A stretch of 64,000 nucleotides of DNA from an uncultured archaeon (GTDB lineage: Archaea; Thermoplasmatota; Thermoplasmata; Thermoplasmatales; Thermoplasmataceae): assembly GCA_000965745.1 (NCBI GenBank), contig CP009479.1, forward strand, positions 384,001-448,000, written 5' to 3'. Shown here in pieces: positions 35,262 through 45,712 of this stretch (position 1 is its first letter; each line of letters opens with the position of its first letter). Under the pieces are notes generated by a model that was given only the letters and a program-made list of their open reading frames with translations, searched no databases and was not told the origin of the DNA. The position numbers were made by a program, and so were the translations under genes.

Positions 35262-35511
35262 CGGTCCGGGAAATGCATTGTTTTTACTCCCGCTTTTTTT
35301 TATATACCTTATTAGCCTAAATATTTGGGTTATCAGGATTTATACTTACCAATAATATGTGAAATCGACAGCTGAGGTTTCATAATTCGTCACTATGTTT
35401 CATCAGCTGAGCCAATCTAGCTGGTAGGGAGGCGTCCATTTTGTCACCTTGGGCACTCTTCCCACTCTAGTTTGGATTCCCCTTTTTATTGAACGCAACA
35501 GGTTTGATTTT

Positions 35512-36216
35512 CTATGCTGCCTGCTCTTTAATGAGATCGCAAAACCCCCTGTTCTTACTGCTTTTCTTTCTCAGGCACTTTCTTGCAACCTTCAGCAGGA
35601 AACTCTCAAATCTTCCGTAACTGACCCCGAATTCCCTATGACCTTTGCAGGCATCAATTCCTAGATATTCTGCTCCTTTCCTGACCAGCTCAGAAGGGTA
35701 TGGCTCGGCCTTTTCCCACACTCCAACCATCTCCCTGAGGAATATTCCGACAGTCACGTCACCAATGCCTTTTGCAAGGCCTTTCAGCTGTGCAACCAGA
35801 TCTCCCATTCCTGACACATCTTCGTGGATACTTGTCAGTCCACCCCTTGAGATAATGCTCTTCGACAGTTCGTCGAGTTTTGCCGCAGTCTTGAAGTCAT
35901 ATCTTGTATAGCCGCCTGAATCAAGAATGGAGACAATCCTGTCAAATCCTGCATTTGTGATTGACTCCGGAGTCGTCAGCCCTTCAGATTTGAAGAGAAA
36001 GAAGGTCCTGACCGCTATCGACTCGGTTATTCTTGCCCCGAAGAGAACAGAGAGCAGAAACCATGGAAAAGGGTCTCCTGCAAGATCAAACCCGAACCTT
36101 TCTGAATAAAGCACGGAATTTGCCATTATCAGTTCCCTGTTTATCATTTCTGCTTTCATGCAAAACATGCATACCTGGTTCAAAATCTTGACTGATATGG
36201 GGAACCCCGTAATCAC
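35512..36216 (-). CDS. HhH-GPD/DNA-glycosylase-like protein
   Basis: FPWFLLSVLFGARI, GGYTRYDFKTA and KGIGDVTVGIFLRE (HhH). The true start is probably downstream, around 36126. Confidence 0.75.
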   Translation of the reverse strand: MITGFPISVKILNQVCMFCMKAEMINRELIMANSVLYSERFGFDLAGDPFPWFLLSVLFGARITESIAVRTFFLFKSEGLTTPESITNAGFDRIVSILDSGGYTRYDFKTAAKLDELSKSIISRGGLTSIHEDVSGMGDLVAQLKGLAKGIGDVTVGIFLREMVGVWEKAEPYPSELVRKGAEYLGIDACKGHREFGVSYGRFESFLLKVARKCLRKKSSKNRGFCDLIKEQAA

Positions 36217-36273
36217 AGCCTTATTATCATGGAATGCTGAAAAAGCCTAAATCCAACATTCTGTTTTTATCGT

Positions 36274-36696
36274 ATGACAATTTTCATGGACGGTTTTTCT
36301 GTCAAGACGGAAAGCGAGAACCAGTTTACTGACATAACCGGGAGAATATCCGGCAGTGTGTCAAGGAGCGGTCTATCATCGGGCATTGCCAGCATATTTC
36401 TCCTTTCGACAACCTCTTCGCTGATAATATGCGAAAATGAAGGCGGCCTTCTGGAAGACATCGTCAGAAGAGCCATGTTCTTTGCCCCTGACGATATAGA
36501 ATACAGACATAACAAAGCATGGGGTGACAACAACGGCAGAAGCCACGTCAAAGCCACGCTCTACAGGCAGGACCTGACCGTTCCGGTAAGAAACGGTGAA
36601 CTACTGCTTGGCACATGGCAGAGCATCTTTCTCCTTGAGTTCGACGTAAGGCCCAGGGAAAGGAGGGTGTCAATCACCATGGTGGGAGACGTGTGA
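36274..36696 (+). CDS. yjbQ: YjbQ/UPF0047 family protein
   Basis: YRHN...NGRSHVKA and LGTWQSIFLLEFD motifs. Confidence 0.9.
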   Translation: MTIFMDGFSVKTESENQFTDITGRISGSVSRSGLSSGIASIFLLSTTSSLIICENEGGLLEDIVRRAMFFAPDDIEYRHNKAWGDNNGRSHVKATLYRQDLTVPVRNGELLLGTWQSIFLLEFDVRPRERRVSITMVGDV

Positions 36697-36751
36697 CCGG
36701 CAGCCAGATGCTGCCAAGGGAAATATATATCTTTTCTGATGATGTTGTCTG

Positions 36752-37384
36752 GTGTTCAACCAAGAACCTTTTAGGGTATCAGATCGCCGCAGAATAAGGA
36801 ATTTTGTCAGGGAACACAGCCTTGGCCTCTTGATCAGCACGTCTGAAGATGGAAGATTGCATGCTTCAAGCATCCCTTTTCTCATCGACTCAGAATGCAC
36901 TGAGCTCAAGGGGCATATGGCACGCATGAATGAGCAGTGGAACAATCTGGATGGAAGGGATGTCCTGGTGGTGTTCCAGGGTCCAGGGCATTATATATCA
37001 CCAGAATGGTATGGCGAAGAAGCCTCGGTTCCAACCTGGAACTACGTTTCCGTTCATGTGGAAGGCAGTTTCAGGCTTGTTGAGAAAGAGGATAGAAAGA
37101 TGGCCCTTCTGGATGAGATGGTGGCGCACTACGAAGGAGGCCTTGGCAGAAGCTGGTCTGCTGATTGGGGTGACAGCAGGTATCGTTCCATGGTGGAACA
37201 CATAGCAGCATTCACCATCTCAATCGAAAAGATAGAGGGAAAATGGAAGATGAGCCAGAATCATACGGAAAATGGCATAAAAAATGTGGCCGGTGAGTTG
37301 CTGAAGGTCGGAACCCATGATGCTTCAAGAGTTTCAGGGATGATGCTTGAAAGCCTGAATAGTACTCGAGGTGAAGGTGCGTGA
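36752..37384 (+). CDS. paiB: PaiB-family FMN/heme-binding split-barrel protein
   Basis: GHMARMNEQW, YISPEWY, VPTWNY and GKWKMSQN motifs. Confidence 0.88.
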   Translation: MFNQEPFRVSDRRRIRNFVREHSLGLLISTSEDGRLHASSIPFLIDSECTELKGHMARMNEQWNNLDGRDVLVVFQGPGHYISPEWYGEEASVPTWNYVSVHVEGSFRLVEKEDRKMALLDEMVAHYEGGLGRSWSADWGDSRYRSMVEHIAAFTISIEKIEGKWKMSQNHTENGIKNVAGELLKVGTHDASRVSGMMLESLNSTRGEGA

Positions 37385-37449
37385 TCAGTTCAGCACGTAT
37401 CCGGCAAAATGAAAAGTAAATAATATGTGCATAGGAATCACGTACGCAT

Positions 37450-38214
37450 ATGTCCGTTGTCAACTTCAACATGGTTTCCAGTGGGAGCAAAGGCAACTCG
37501 ACACTAATATGGGACCGGGAAAATCTGATTCTTGTGGACTTCGGGATAACGCTGAAGAGACTCCGGGAAAGGCTCGCAGCAAACAGGATAGGCGATCTTG
37601 AGGCATCTCTCTTCATCAGCCATGAACATTCGGACCATTCGAGGGGGGCAAAGATGCTGGCGAGAAACATGCCCGTGGGCATATACACCAGGGAAGCCAC
37701 GGCCAGTGCCCTAGGCCTGAAGGATGCCTATTCAATAAGGGACTCTGTCGTTCTGGGAAATTTTGAGATAAAAGCAATCAGCGTCTCGCACGACGCGGTT
37801 GACCCCGTTGCATACAGTGTCAGGTGCGGCAGGACCATGATTTCTGTCGTGTCTGACCTTGGCCGCATGACAGATGACGTGGCAGAGAGAATAAAGGGAT
37901 CGGATATACTTGCCATAGAGGCAAACCATGATGAAAAACTGCTTATGGCAGGTTCATACCCGGAAATGCTTAAGAGGAGGATCCTCAGCAACCACGGGCA
38001 TCTGTCCAACAGGCAGACAGCAGAAAAGATAACCGGGCTGGTGAAGCCCGACACTAGGATAATACTCACGCACCTGAGCCAGGAGAATAACCGCCCGGAA
38101 ATAGCACTGAATGAGATCGGGACAGCACTTGCCGAAAGCGGTACACCGTACGGGCACCTTGAATGCGCGTCCCAGGATTCGGGAAGCTCATTTTTTTCGC
38201 TTGAGATAGATTAG
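37450..38214 (+). CDS. Metallo-beta-lactamase-fold hydrolase (YycJ/WalJ-like)
   Basis: SGSKGN, SHEHSDH, SHDAVDP, EANHD, GHLSN and HLSQENN motifs. Confidence 0.9.
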   Translation: MSVVNFNMVSSGSKGNSTLIWDRENLILVDFGITLKRLRERLAANRIGDLEASLFISHEHSDHSRGAKMLARNMPVGIYTREATASALGLKDAYSIRDSVVLGNFEIKAISVSHDAVDPVAYSVRCGRTMISVVSDLGRMTDDVAERIKGSDILAIEANHDEKLLMAGSYPEMLKRRILSNHGHLSNRQTAEKITGLVKPDTRIILTHLSQENNRPEIALNEIGTALAESGTPYGHLECASQDSGSSFFSLEID

Positions 38215-38245
38215 GTTTTTATCATTATGTCAGTTTATCTTCCCA

Positions 38246-39124
38246 ATGGAAGGTATCGGGTTCATCGGCCTTGGCAAAATGGGTGTCCCTATCCTGAAAA
38301 ACATAATGAGGAAGCATCAGGTTCTCGGGGTATACAATAGAACTGCCACCAGGGCCCAGCCATATGCTGCCCTGGACATGAAAATATTCCGCGATCCCTG
38401 GGAGGTAGCGGCGAGGTGTGACATAATTTTCCTTATGCTGTCAGATTCGAAGGCAGTTAACGAGGTAATGCACGGAAAGAAGGGAATTCTCGGGAACCTT
38501 GGAACCGGGAAGATTGTTGTTGATCTGAGTACTATTCATCCGGATGATTCAGTGCGGATAGCAGCAGAGGTGAGAGAGAGAAATGCAGAGTTCATAGACT
38601 CCCCTGTCATAGGAAGTGTGCCTGTTGCTGAGAAGGGAGAACTGGTTACAGTTGCTGGAGGCTCCAGAGAGGCCTTTGATGCCGTTAAGCCGATTCTTGA
38701 ATCGTTCAGCAACAGGATATTCTATATGGGCCTCAACGGCTCCGGACTTAAAATGAAGCTGGTAAACAACCTTCTTATGGGGGCCAATCTCGCTGTTCTC
38801 TCTGAGTCTCTCCTTTTTGGTGAAAAGCTCGGCATTCCCAGGGAGAAACAGATAGAAATACTGTCCAGCGGCGCTGCATCATCCAAAATACTCGAACTGA
38901 AGAAAGAGCCTCTCCTGAATGAGGATTTCCTGCCCCAGTTTCTGCTTTCACATGAGTACAAGGACCTTAACTATGCACTGGACCTGGCCAGATCAAGCAG
39001 GGAGCCTGTGCCAATAAGTGGTGCTATCGTGCAGTTTTATGCAGCAGCAATGTCCATAGGCCTGGGAAACCTTGATTTCTCGTCTGTACTGAGAGCGTTC
39101 AAAGCACTGAGAGGTATGTCCTGA
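38246..39124 (+). CDS. NAD-dependent beta-hydroxyacid dehydrogenase
   Basis: GFIGLGKMG, DSPVIGS and KLVNN motifs. Confidence 0.9.
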   Translation: MEGIGFIGLGKMGVPILKNIMRKHQVLGVYNRTATRAQPYAALDMKIFRDPWEVAARCDIIFLMLSDSKAVNEVMHGKKGILGNLGTGKIVVDLSTIHPDDSVRIAAEVRERNAEFIDSPVIGSVPVAEKGELVTVAGGSREAFDAVKPILESFSNRIFYMGLNGSGLKMKLVNNLLMGANLAVLSESLLFGEKLGIPREKQIEILSSGAASSKILELKKEPLLNEDFLPQFLLSHEYKDLNYALDLARSSREPVPISGAIVQFYAAAMSIGLGNLDFSSVLRAFKALRGMS

Positions 39125-39871
39125 ATGAACAATTTCGCTTCTGAAATATATGGAGTCCTCTTCATCCTGACCTGCATAATCCTGGTTTACACTTCCTACA
39201 CAGACGTGAAAAAAAGGACGATAAATTCCTTCATTTTCCTGCCTGTGATTGCCCTGGGAGCGTGGTTCAATGTTGCCAATGGTGCACCACTTTTCTTCGC
39301 GGTCATTGGAATACTGATTTTCCTGGCAACTTACCTGAACACCAGCCTTGTGATTTACCCGATCATCGGAGTGGCGTTCCTGGCTGTCTCGCTTTATTAC
39401 ATTGCGGGCGGAGAGTTCGCCTACGGGTTTACATCCCTTGTAATGTCCCTGATGTTCCTGATAGGTTTCCAGGAGAGGCTATTCGGCATAGGGGACGTCA
39501 AGGCAATGGTGGCCCTCTTCTTCTCGTTCACCGAATTCCCCTTCACCACTCCCTTAATCACGCCAATCCAGATTGAGCTGGCCAAGGTAATGCCGTTATC
39601 AATCGTTATGCTGTTCAACATAGCGATTGTGTCACTGTTCTTCATTCCGTACCTGGTTATTCTGAACAGGAGAAAAGGGAGTTCCATAGGCCTGCATTCA
39701 GTGACTTCGGTTGATTACGATGAGAAGACTTACTCGCGGAACATGGCCAAGTTCAGTCTCATGGATACCCCCTCCGGAAAGGTAATGGTCTACAAAACCC
39801 CATTCATGATTTCCGTTTCCGTCGGGTTCATCATCACGATGCTGGCAGGATTCTGGTTCGTGCTGCTTTGA
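39125..39871 (+). CDS. A24-family prepilin/preflagellin peptidase-like membrane protein
   Basis: SYTDVKKRTI and GIGDVKAM aspartate motifs; C-terminal TPFMISV. Confidence 0.75.
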   Translation: MNNFASEIYGVLFILTCIILVYTSYTDVKKRTINSFIFLPVIALGAWFNVANGAPLFFAVIGILIFLATYLNTSLVIYPIIGVAFLAVSLYYIAGGEFAYGFTSLVMSLMFLIGFQERLFGIGDVKAMVALFFSFTEFPFTTPLITPIQIELAKVMPLSIVMLFNIAIVSLFFIPYLVILNRRKGSSIGLHSVTSVDYDEKTYSRNMAKFSLMDTPSGKVMVYKTPFMISVSVGFIITMLAGFWFVLL

Positions 39872-40003
39872 GCTGTAAGGGCAACGACAATTTGGGGCAT
39901 GATTTGCTGCCTGCAGCGTAAGGACAAAGTCTGTCCCCGACACAAATTCCACATGAATCGTTAGTGTTATTTAATTTCCTGTCACTATAGGGATGCGGTC
40001 GTT

Positions 40004-41260
40004 ATGCAAGATATGCTGATTGAGAACGCTTCACAGATTCTAACTATGGAGGGGGCCGGATGGGAGCCCCTGAGAGGGGAGAGGCAGAACAAGCTCAGAA
40101 TCAAGGAGGGGCAGTCCATCCTGATACGCGGAAACAGGATTATAGAGCTGCTGACAGCCACAAAGAAGGAGAAGTACCTTAGAAACAATGAGCCAAAGAC
40201 AATCGACGCCAGGGGAAATGTGGTAATGCCCGGAATAATTGATTCCCACACACATCTTGTTTACGGGGGAACAAGAGAAGACGAGTTCTTCATGAAGATA
40301 AAGGGGAAGAGCTACCTTGAGATTCTCAACTCTGGAAACGGCATCTATGCAACGGTAAATTCAACCAGGAAGATGAGTGAGGACCAGATATTTTCCGAAT
40401 CTCTTAAGAGAATCTATGACAGCATATTCTACGGCACCACCACGGTTGAGATAAAAACCGGTTATGGCCTTAATCTTGCCACGGAGCTGAAGATGCTTTC
40501 GGTGATCGAGAGGATCTCGTCTCTCGGGATAATCAATGTTGTACCCACATTCCTTGGAATGCATGCAATTCCGAAGGGAGAGACAGAAGGAAAGTACACG
40601 TCCGAGGTGCTTGACAAGATTGCGCCTAAATTTGCCGGGAAAGTGAAGTTTGTGGACGTTTTCTGTGACAAGGGAGCTTTTACTCCGGAGTCTACCAGGG
40701 AAATGGCCCTCTGGGGAGTCAGGAACAACATCAGGCTGAAGCTTCATGCGGATGAGCTTGAAGATGTCGGGTGCCTTGACCTCTGTGACGAATTCGAGTT
40801 CGCTTCAGTGGACCATCTCCTGAAAACCAACAGGCGCGGGATCGAAAAGATCAGCAAGTCAGGCTCGGTTGCAACATTTCTTCCCATCACAGCACACTCC
40901 ATAGGGAACGACAAATATCCGGACATAAAGAAATTCATAGACAGCGGCATACCGGTTGCAATAGGTTCCGACGCATCACCGGTCTCCTACAATTCAAACG
41001 TTTTCTTTGCCCTGTACCTTGCAGTGAGGTTCTGCCACATAACACTTGAGGAGGCGCTCAATGCAGTGACGATCAATGCGGCATTTGCAGCGGGCGTCGA
41101 GGATGACAGGGGGTCTATCGAGCCGGGGAAGATGGCTGACATATTGATCCTCAATGTTGACAACTACAGGAAGATTCCGTATGAGTTCGGCGCAAGGCTT
41201 GTAGATACAGTAATAACCAATGGAGAAATCGTGATGCGAAACGGAGTCTTCCAGCTCTGA
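40004..41260 (+). CDS. hutI: Imidazolonepropionase
   Basis: DSHTHLVYGG, EIKTGYGL, DVFCDKGAF, LHADEL and SVDHL motifs. Confidence 0.93.
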   Translation: MQDMLIENASQILTMEGAGWEPLRGERQNKLRIKEGQSILIRGNRIIELLTATKKEKYLRNNEPKTIDARGNVVMPGIIDSHTHLVYGGTREDEFFMKIKGKSYLEILNSGNGIYATVNSTRKMSEDQIFSESLKRIYDSIFYGTTTVEIKTGYGLNLATELKMLSVIERISSLGIINVVPTFLGMHAIPKGETEGKYTSEVLDKIAPKFAGKVKFVDVFCDKGAFTPESTREMALWGVRNNIRLKLHADELEDVGCLDLCDEFEFASVDHLLKTNRRGIEKISKSGSVATFLPITAHSIGNDKYPDIKKFIDSGIPVAIGSDASPVSYNSNVFFALYLAVRFCHITLEEALNAVTINAAFAAGVEDDRGSIEPGKMADILILNVDNYRKIPYEFGARLVDTVITNGEIVMRNGVFQL

Positions 41261-41270
41261 AACGGATACC

Positions 41271-42272
41271 ATGATAAACGTAGCTGCAACTGTCGGGAAA
41301 CTCAGGAAGATGAATGCAAAGAAGATACTTCTCCAGGTACCGGATGGTCTGAAGCCCAATGTTTTTGACTATTTTTCGCGTCTTTCCTCCGAGTTCAATG
41401 TCATCGTGAGCTCGGAAGGATTCTACGGGGCATGCGACACAGGCAACATGGAGGTCTACAAGGATGTTGACTGCATAGTACAGCTCGGCCACTCTGAAAT
41501 TCCAAACATAAACTACCCAAAGCCCGTAATCTTTGAGGAATACAGGAATGAGAAAACGGTGGAAATTGATCCCTCTGTGCTCGAGCCTCTTGTATCTGGC
41601 GGTTCAAGAAGAGTAGGGCTTGTAGCGTCCATACAGTACATGAATGAAATGCAGGATGTCAGGAGGCTGCTTGAAGACCAGGGAATAGAGGTCAGGGTGG
41701 GTGAAAGCGACGGGCGAATGAGATACGCGGGACAGGTTCTTGGCTGCAATTTCAGTTCAGCCCACTCAGTTGAGGCGGATGTTGATTCGTTCCTGGTCGT
41801 CAGCACGGGAATGTTCCACGCCATAGGCGTTCAGCTTTCAACATCGAAGGATGTTTTCCTGCTGGATCTCAATGACAGGACCATGAGGAACATAAAGGGT
41901 GAAACAGACAAGTTTCTGAGGAAAAGGTACGGAGCGCTCTACAGGGCAAGAGATGCAAGGAAATTCTGTGTGGTAGTCGACACAAAAGTCGGCCAGCACA
42001 GGAGGAAGCTGGCAGATGTTCTCATGAATGATGTCAGGAAGGTCGGAGGGGAACCTGTCCTTCTGACAACGAATGAGGTGAACCCCATGGACTATGAGAA
42101 CATGCGCTGCGATGCAGTTATTTTCACGGGTTGCCCCAGAGTCCCGATTGACGATCATGAGAAGTTCACAATGCCGGTCATGACTCCTCCTGAATTCCAG
42201 ACAATTTTCGGCCTTAAGAACCCCGGCAGGTACATAATGGACGAGATTGTGGCAGTTGACGACCTCAACTGA
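41271..42272 (+). CDS. dph2: Diphthamide biosynthesis enzyme Dph2
   Basis: LQVPDGLK, YGACD, GQVLGCNF and TGCPRVPIDD carry the three Fe-S cysteines. Confidence 0.93.
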   Translation: MINVAATVGKLRKMNAKKILLQVPDGLKPNVFDYFSRLSSEFNVIVSSEGFYGACDTGNMEVYKDVDCIVQLGHSEIPNINYPKPVIFEEYRNEKTVEIDPSVLEPLVSGGSRRVGLVASIQYMNEMQDVRRLLEDQGIEVRVGESDGRMRYAGQVLGCNFSSAHSVEADVDSFLVVSTGMFHAIGVQLSTSKDVFLLDLNDRTMRNIKGETDKFLRKRYGALYRARDARKFCVVVDTKVGQHRRKLADVLMNDVRKVGGEPVLLTTNEVNPMDYENMRCDAVIFTGCPRVPIDDHEKFTMPVMTPPEFQTIFGLKNPGRYIMDEIVAVDDLN

Positions 42273-42274
42273 TC

Positions 42275-43507
42275 CTATATCTTCTTTCCAACCAGGTAAA
42301 TCCTGTCTGAATCGACTATTTCACACTCGACTTTTGAATAAACTGGAAAATCACCCGGAATAACTACGGGCCTGTAAGCAAGGTCCCTTCCAACAACTGT
42401 TCCATTCTTGCCTTTCTCGTTTACCAGCACCGTTTTGACCTTTCCTGTTTCTTTTGAAAATTTGTCCCTCGTAATCTCCTCGTGAATCCTGGCGTATTCC
42501 TTTGTCCATCTCTTTGTGTCGTTTGAAGGTGGAGTCTTCACGTTGTAGTCCGGCGTGTACGGCCTTGGGGAAAATCTTGTTATGTTGATTATTTCAGGGC
42601 GCGTTTTCTCAATAAGGCTCACAGTTTTTTCGAAGGATTCCTCATCGTCGCCGTGATAGCCTGCAATAATGTCCGTTGAAAGCATGGAATCGGGGTACGC
42701 ATTCCTGAATGCAGAAACTATCTCCTCAAAATCCTCTCTTGAGTACTCCCTGTTCATTGACTCCAGTACCCTGTTGTCTCCGCTCTGCACAGGCAAGTGC
42801 ATGAACTTGAACACCTTCCCGCTGCTGTATGACTCCATAAGCCTGTCCTTTACCGAGAGTGTGTTCCTGGGTTCCATCATGCCAACTCTAAGCATGAAGT
42901 CTCCTTCCGACGAGGATATGGCTTCCACAAGGTCGGGGAGCGATGTGCCAATATCTTTACCGTATGCCGCTGTGTCCAGTGAGGATATCCTCACTTCCCT
43001 GATCCCCCTCTCAAGCTGCATCCTGATCTGGCTTACAATCTTCCCAATGGGGCGCGATACCAGTTTCCCCCTGGCCACATGCGATATGCAGTAGTTGCAG
43101 CTTCCGGTGCATCCCTGATTTATGGGGATCCCGTCAAATATTGACGGTTCCTTAATCTCTATGTCATCCAGCTGACCGGTGTAGAAGCTTCTGAAATCCT
43201 TTGGGGCGAGAACTTCAATGTTTTCGTCTTCAAGGACTTTGCCGGTCACAGACGAGATGCAGCCTATCACCCTGACCCTGGATTCCCGGGAGAGCTCCCC
43301 TATTCTTTTCGTCATGCGGTCTTCTGTTGACTTGATGACCACGCAGGTACCTATGACACTGATGTCAGCCTCTTCCGGTCTCCTGACAAGTGTATTGCCT
43401 TCGCTCAGAAGTTTGTTAACGTAAAGCCCTGATTCGGACTTGTTAAGAGTGCATCCATAAGATTCAAAGTATACTTTCAACAGACCACCGATTGGTTGCC
43501 TCCACAT
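42275..43507 (-). CDS. mtaB: tRNA t6A37 methylthiotransferase (archaeal MtaB type)
   Basis: YGCTLN, radical SAM motif GCTGSCNYC, HLPVQSG and a C-terminal TRAM domain. Confidence 0.88.
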   Translation of the reverse strand: MWRQPIGGLLKVYFESYGCTLNKSESGLYVNKLLSEGNTLVRRPEEADISVIGTCVVIKSTEDRMTKRIGELSRESRVRVIGCISSVTGKVLEDENIEVLAPKDFRSFYTGQLDDIEIKEPSIFDGIPINQGCTGSCNYCISHVARGKLVSRPIGKIVSQIRMQLERGIREVRISSLDTAAYGKDIGTSLPDLVEAISSSEGDFMLRVGMMEPRNTLSVKDRLMESYSSGKVFKFMHLPVQSGDNRVLESMNREYSREDFEEIVSAFRNAYPDSMLSTDIIAGYHGDDEESFEKTVSLIEKTRPEIINITRFSPRPYTPDYNVKTPPSNDTKRWTKEYARIHEEITRDKFSKETGKVKTVLVNEKGKNGTVVGRDLAYRPVVIPGDFPVYSKVECEIVDSDRIYLVGKKI

Positions 43508-43580
43508 TCAGGTATGATATTTTTCATTTTTGTTATTGATGCCCTCGATTTCTGACAAATTGTTGCGTTTTATGTAAATC

Positions 43581-44168
43581 GTGCTGTTGAGGGTCGTTGC
43601 TCAAATATTAAATATCGAACAAAAATTGCATAATATGGAAGAGAAAGAGGTGGGTGAACAATTCCTCGAAGGATACAGTTGTGATGTTGCAATAAGATGG
43701 TCAAGGCTTGACTCATCACTTCTTCCTGTGGACGAGCTGGACAAGAAGATCATCTGCTTTCTTAGATACAACGCAAGGATGACAAATGCAGAAATCGCAA
43801 AGCTCCTGAAGACTAGCGAGGCTACTGTCAGGAGGAGAATTTCTGAACTGATAAAGAAGAAGATAATCATAGGCTTCTCTGCGCTCGTTGATCTTCAGGC
43901 TGTGGAGAACAGCATCAAAGTTTACATGAAAATAGATGTCGAGCCCACTGAAATTGAGAATGTGGCGGGCGTTCTCGATGACAACATGAATATTCTCAGC
44001 CTTTACCGGAGAGGCGGAGAAAGCCAGATTCTCGGAGAGGCACTCTTCCTGAATATGGAATCCCTGCAGGACTTCGAGGACAGCACGCCTAAAATACCGG
44101 GAGTGATACGTGTTGAAACAATGATTGTTTCGAAGGCCTACAGGAAAAATCCCTGGGTGGGGATATAG
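43581..44168 (+). CDS. Lrp/AsnC-family transcriptional regulator
   Basis: VDELDKKII..LRYNARMTNAEIAKLLKTSEATVRRRI. The real start is probably 43635 or later. Confidence 0.88.
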   Translation: MLLRVVAQILNIEQKLHNMEEKEVGEQFLEGYSCDVAIRWSRLDSSLLPVDELDKKIICFLRYNARMTNAEIAKLLKTSEATVRRRISELIKKKIIIGFSALVDLQAVENSIKVYMKIDVEPTEIENVAGVLDDNMNILSLYRRGGESQILGEALFLNMESLQDFEDSTPKIPGVIRVETMIVSKAYRKNPWVGI

Positions 44169-44188
44169 AAATGGTTTTTGGTTTGGGA

Positions 44189-45556
44189 TTACTTGTTTCC
44201 ACTCATGACCTTGATGAAATCCTCCTCGGAAATCTTCCCGGTCGCCAGGGCGAGGTCTTTCAGGGACTTCCCAGTGTGGAGCGCTTCCTGGACTATTTTT
44301 GCAACTGTATCGTATCCAAGGTAAGGGTTGAGTAAAACTGCCGATCCAAAGCTCCTTGAGAGCATCTCAGTCATTCTTTTTGTGTCCGCTTCAAGGCCGT
44401 CAACCAGTTTTGTCCGGAACATCTCCAGGCCGTTTGCGAGAATGTCCAGCGATCTGTTAAGCTCATAATCAATGTGCGGCATCATCACGTTGAGCTCAAA
44501 CTGGCCAGCCTGTGCCGAGAAATTAAGCGCCTGCTGAGATCCAAGGACTGAATGGCATATCATGTTCATAGCCTCTGCGATTGAGGGGTTGATCTTCCCC
44601 GGCATTATTGATGACCCCTGCTGAACAGCGGGTATGATAATCTCATGAAGGCCGGCACCAGGACCTGAATACATGAGCCTTACATCGTTGCTGATCTTGT
44701 TCACATCTATCGCTATGTTTGCAGCAGCGTTCATCATTCTGGAGAAATCACTCATGAACTCCATTATTCCCGGGAGGTTCTCAGAAGCAATCATTTCCTC
44801 GCCCGTAAGCCTGCTCAGTTCCTTCACGACGTTCTCCTGGTATCCTGGAGCGGTATTCACGCCGGTCCCAGTTGCAGTCCCGCCTATGTTGAGCTCCCTC
44901 ATATAGTCAAAGGACTGTTTCAATTCCATTAGGTCTTTCCTGAGAGTGTATGCCCAGGCGGAAAGCTCGATTCCAAGTGTAAGGGGTGGCCCATCCTGAA
45001 GATGTGTCCTTCCCGGCTTCTTGACGTTCTTGAACTGGTCCGCCTTCTTCTCGAGCGATTTGACAATCTTGTCGAGCTGCTCCATTAGCCTTCTTGCCTT
45101 GATTAGTGCAGTCAGCCTTATCATGGTTGGGAAAGTATCGTTCGTGGACTGGCTCATGTTAACCTGATCGTTTGGATGAAGGAATGAGTAATCTCCCTTC
45201 TTCTTGCCGGCGAGCTCCAGTGCTATGTTGGCGATTACCTCGTTCGCATTCATGTGAAAAGATGTTCCCGCACCTGCCTGGAAGACGTCAATAACAAACT
45301 GGTCATGGTATTCGCCATCTATGATTTTCTGGCAGGCCTCCACAATCAAATCCTTCTTGTCGTCGGGAAGCTTTCCCCCCTTGTTGTTTGCAACAGCGGC
45401 CGCCAGCTTGATTCTTGCGTATGAGACAATGTGGTCTGAATCTGCAGTCAGGCCCGTTATTCTGAAATTGTTCCTGGCCCTGTACGTATTAACGCCGTAA
45501 TAACAATCGTCCTCAATTGTCACTTCACCAAGCACATCCTTTTCAGTTCTGCTCAT
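44189..45556 (-). CDS. Class II fumarase / aspartate ammonia-lyase
   Basis: GSSIMPGKINP signature, QSTND and GRTHLQD. Substrate cannot be resolved by eye. Confidence 0.9.
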   Translation of the reverse strand: MSRTEKDVLGEVTIEDDCYYGVNTYRARNNFRITGLTADSDHIVSYARIKLAAAVANNKGGKLPDDKKDLIVEACQKIIDGEYHDQFVIDVFQAGAGTSFHMNANEVIANIALELAGKKKGDYSFLHPNDQVNMSQSTNDTFPTMIRLTALIKARRLMEQLDKIVKSLEKKADQFKNVKKPGRTHLQDGPPLTLGIELSAWAYTLRKDLMELKQSFDYMRELNIGGTATGTGVNTAPGYQENVVKELSRLTGEEMIASENLPGIMEFMSDFSRMMNAAANIAIDVNKISNDVRLMYSGPGAGLHEIIIPAVQQGSSIMPGKINPSIAEAMNMICHSVLGSQQALNFSAQAGQFELNVMMPHIDYELNRSLDILANGLEMFRTKLVDGLEADTKRMTEMLSRSFGSAVLLNPYLGYDTVAKIVQEALHTGKSLKDLALATGKISEEDFIKVMSGNK

Positions 45557-45712
45557 GATAAGATAATAGCTGCGGGATATAAATCGGTTGTCAAAAGATC
45601 AGATGGTGGTTAATATAAACAGACATCATCGCAATTCTCCCTCTGTAACTCGTGCTTTAGCTACTCCGCAAACATATTAATATCTTAGTCTGATATAGTT
45701 GCGGGTACGATC

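Noticed and set aside
39872-39960. Possible structured RNA between the peptidase gene and hutI
   Set aside because: Only short imperfect pairings are visible, with no recognisable family features.
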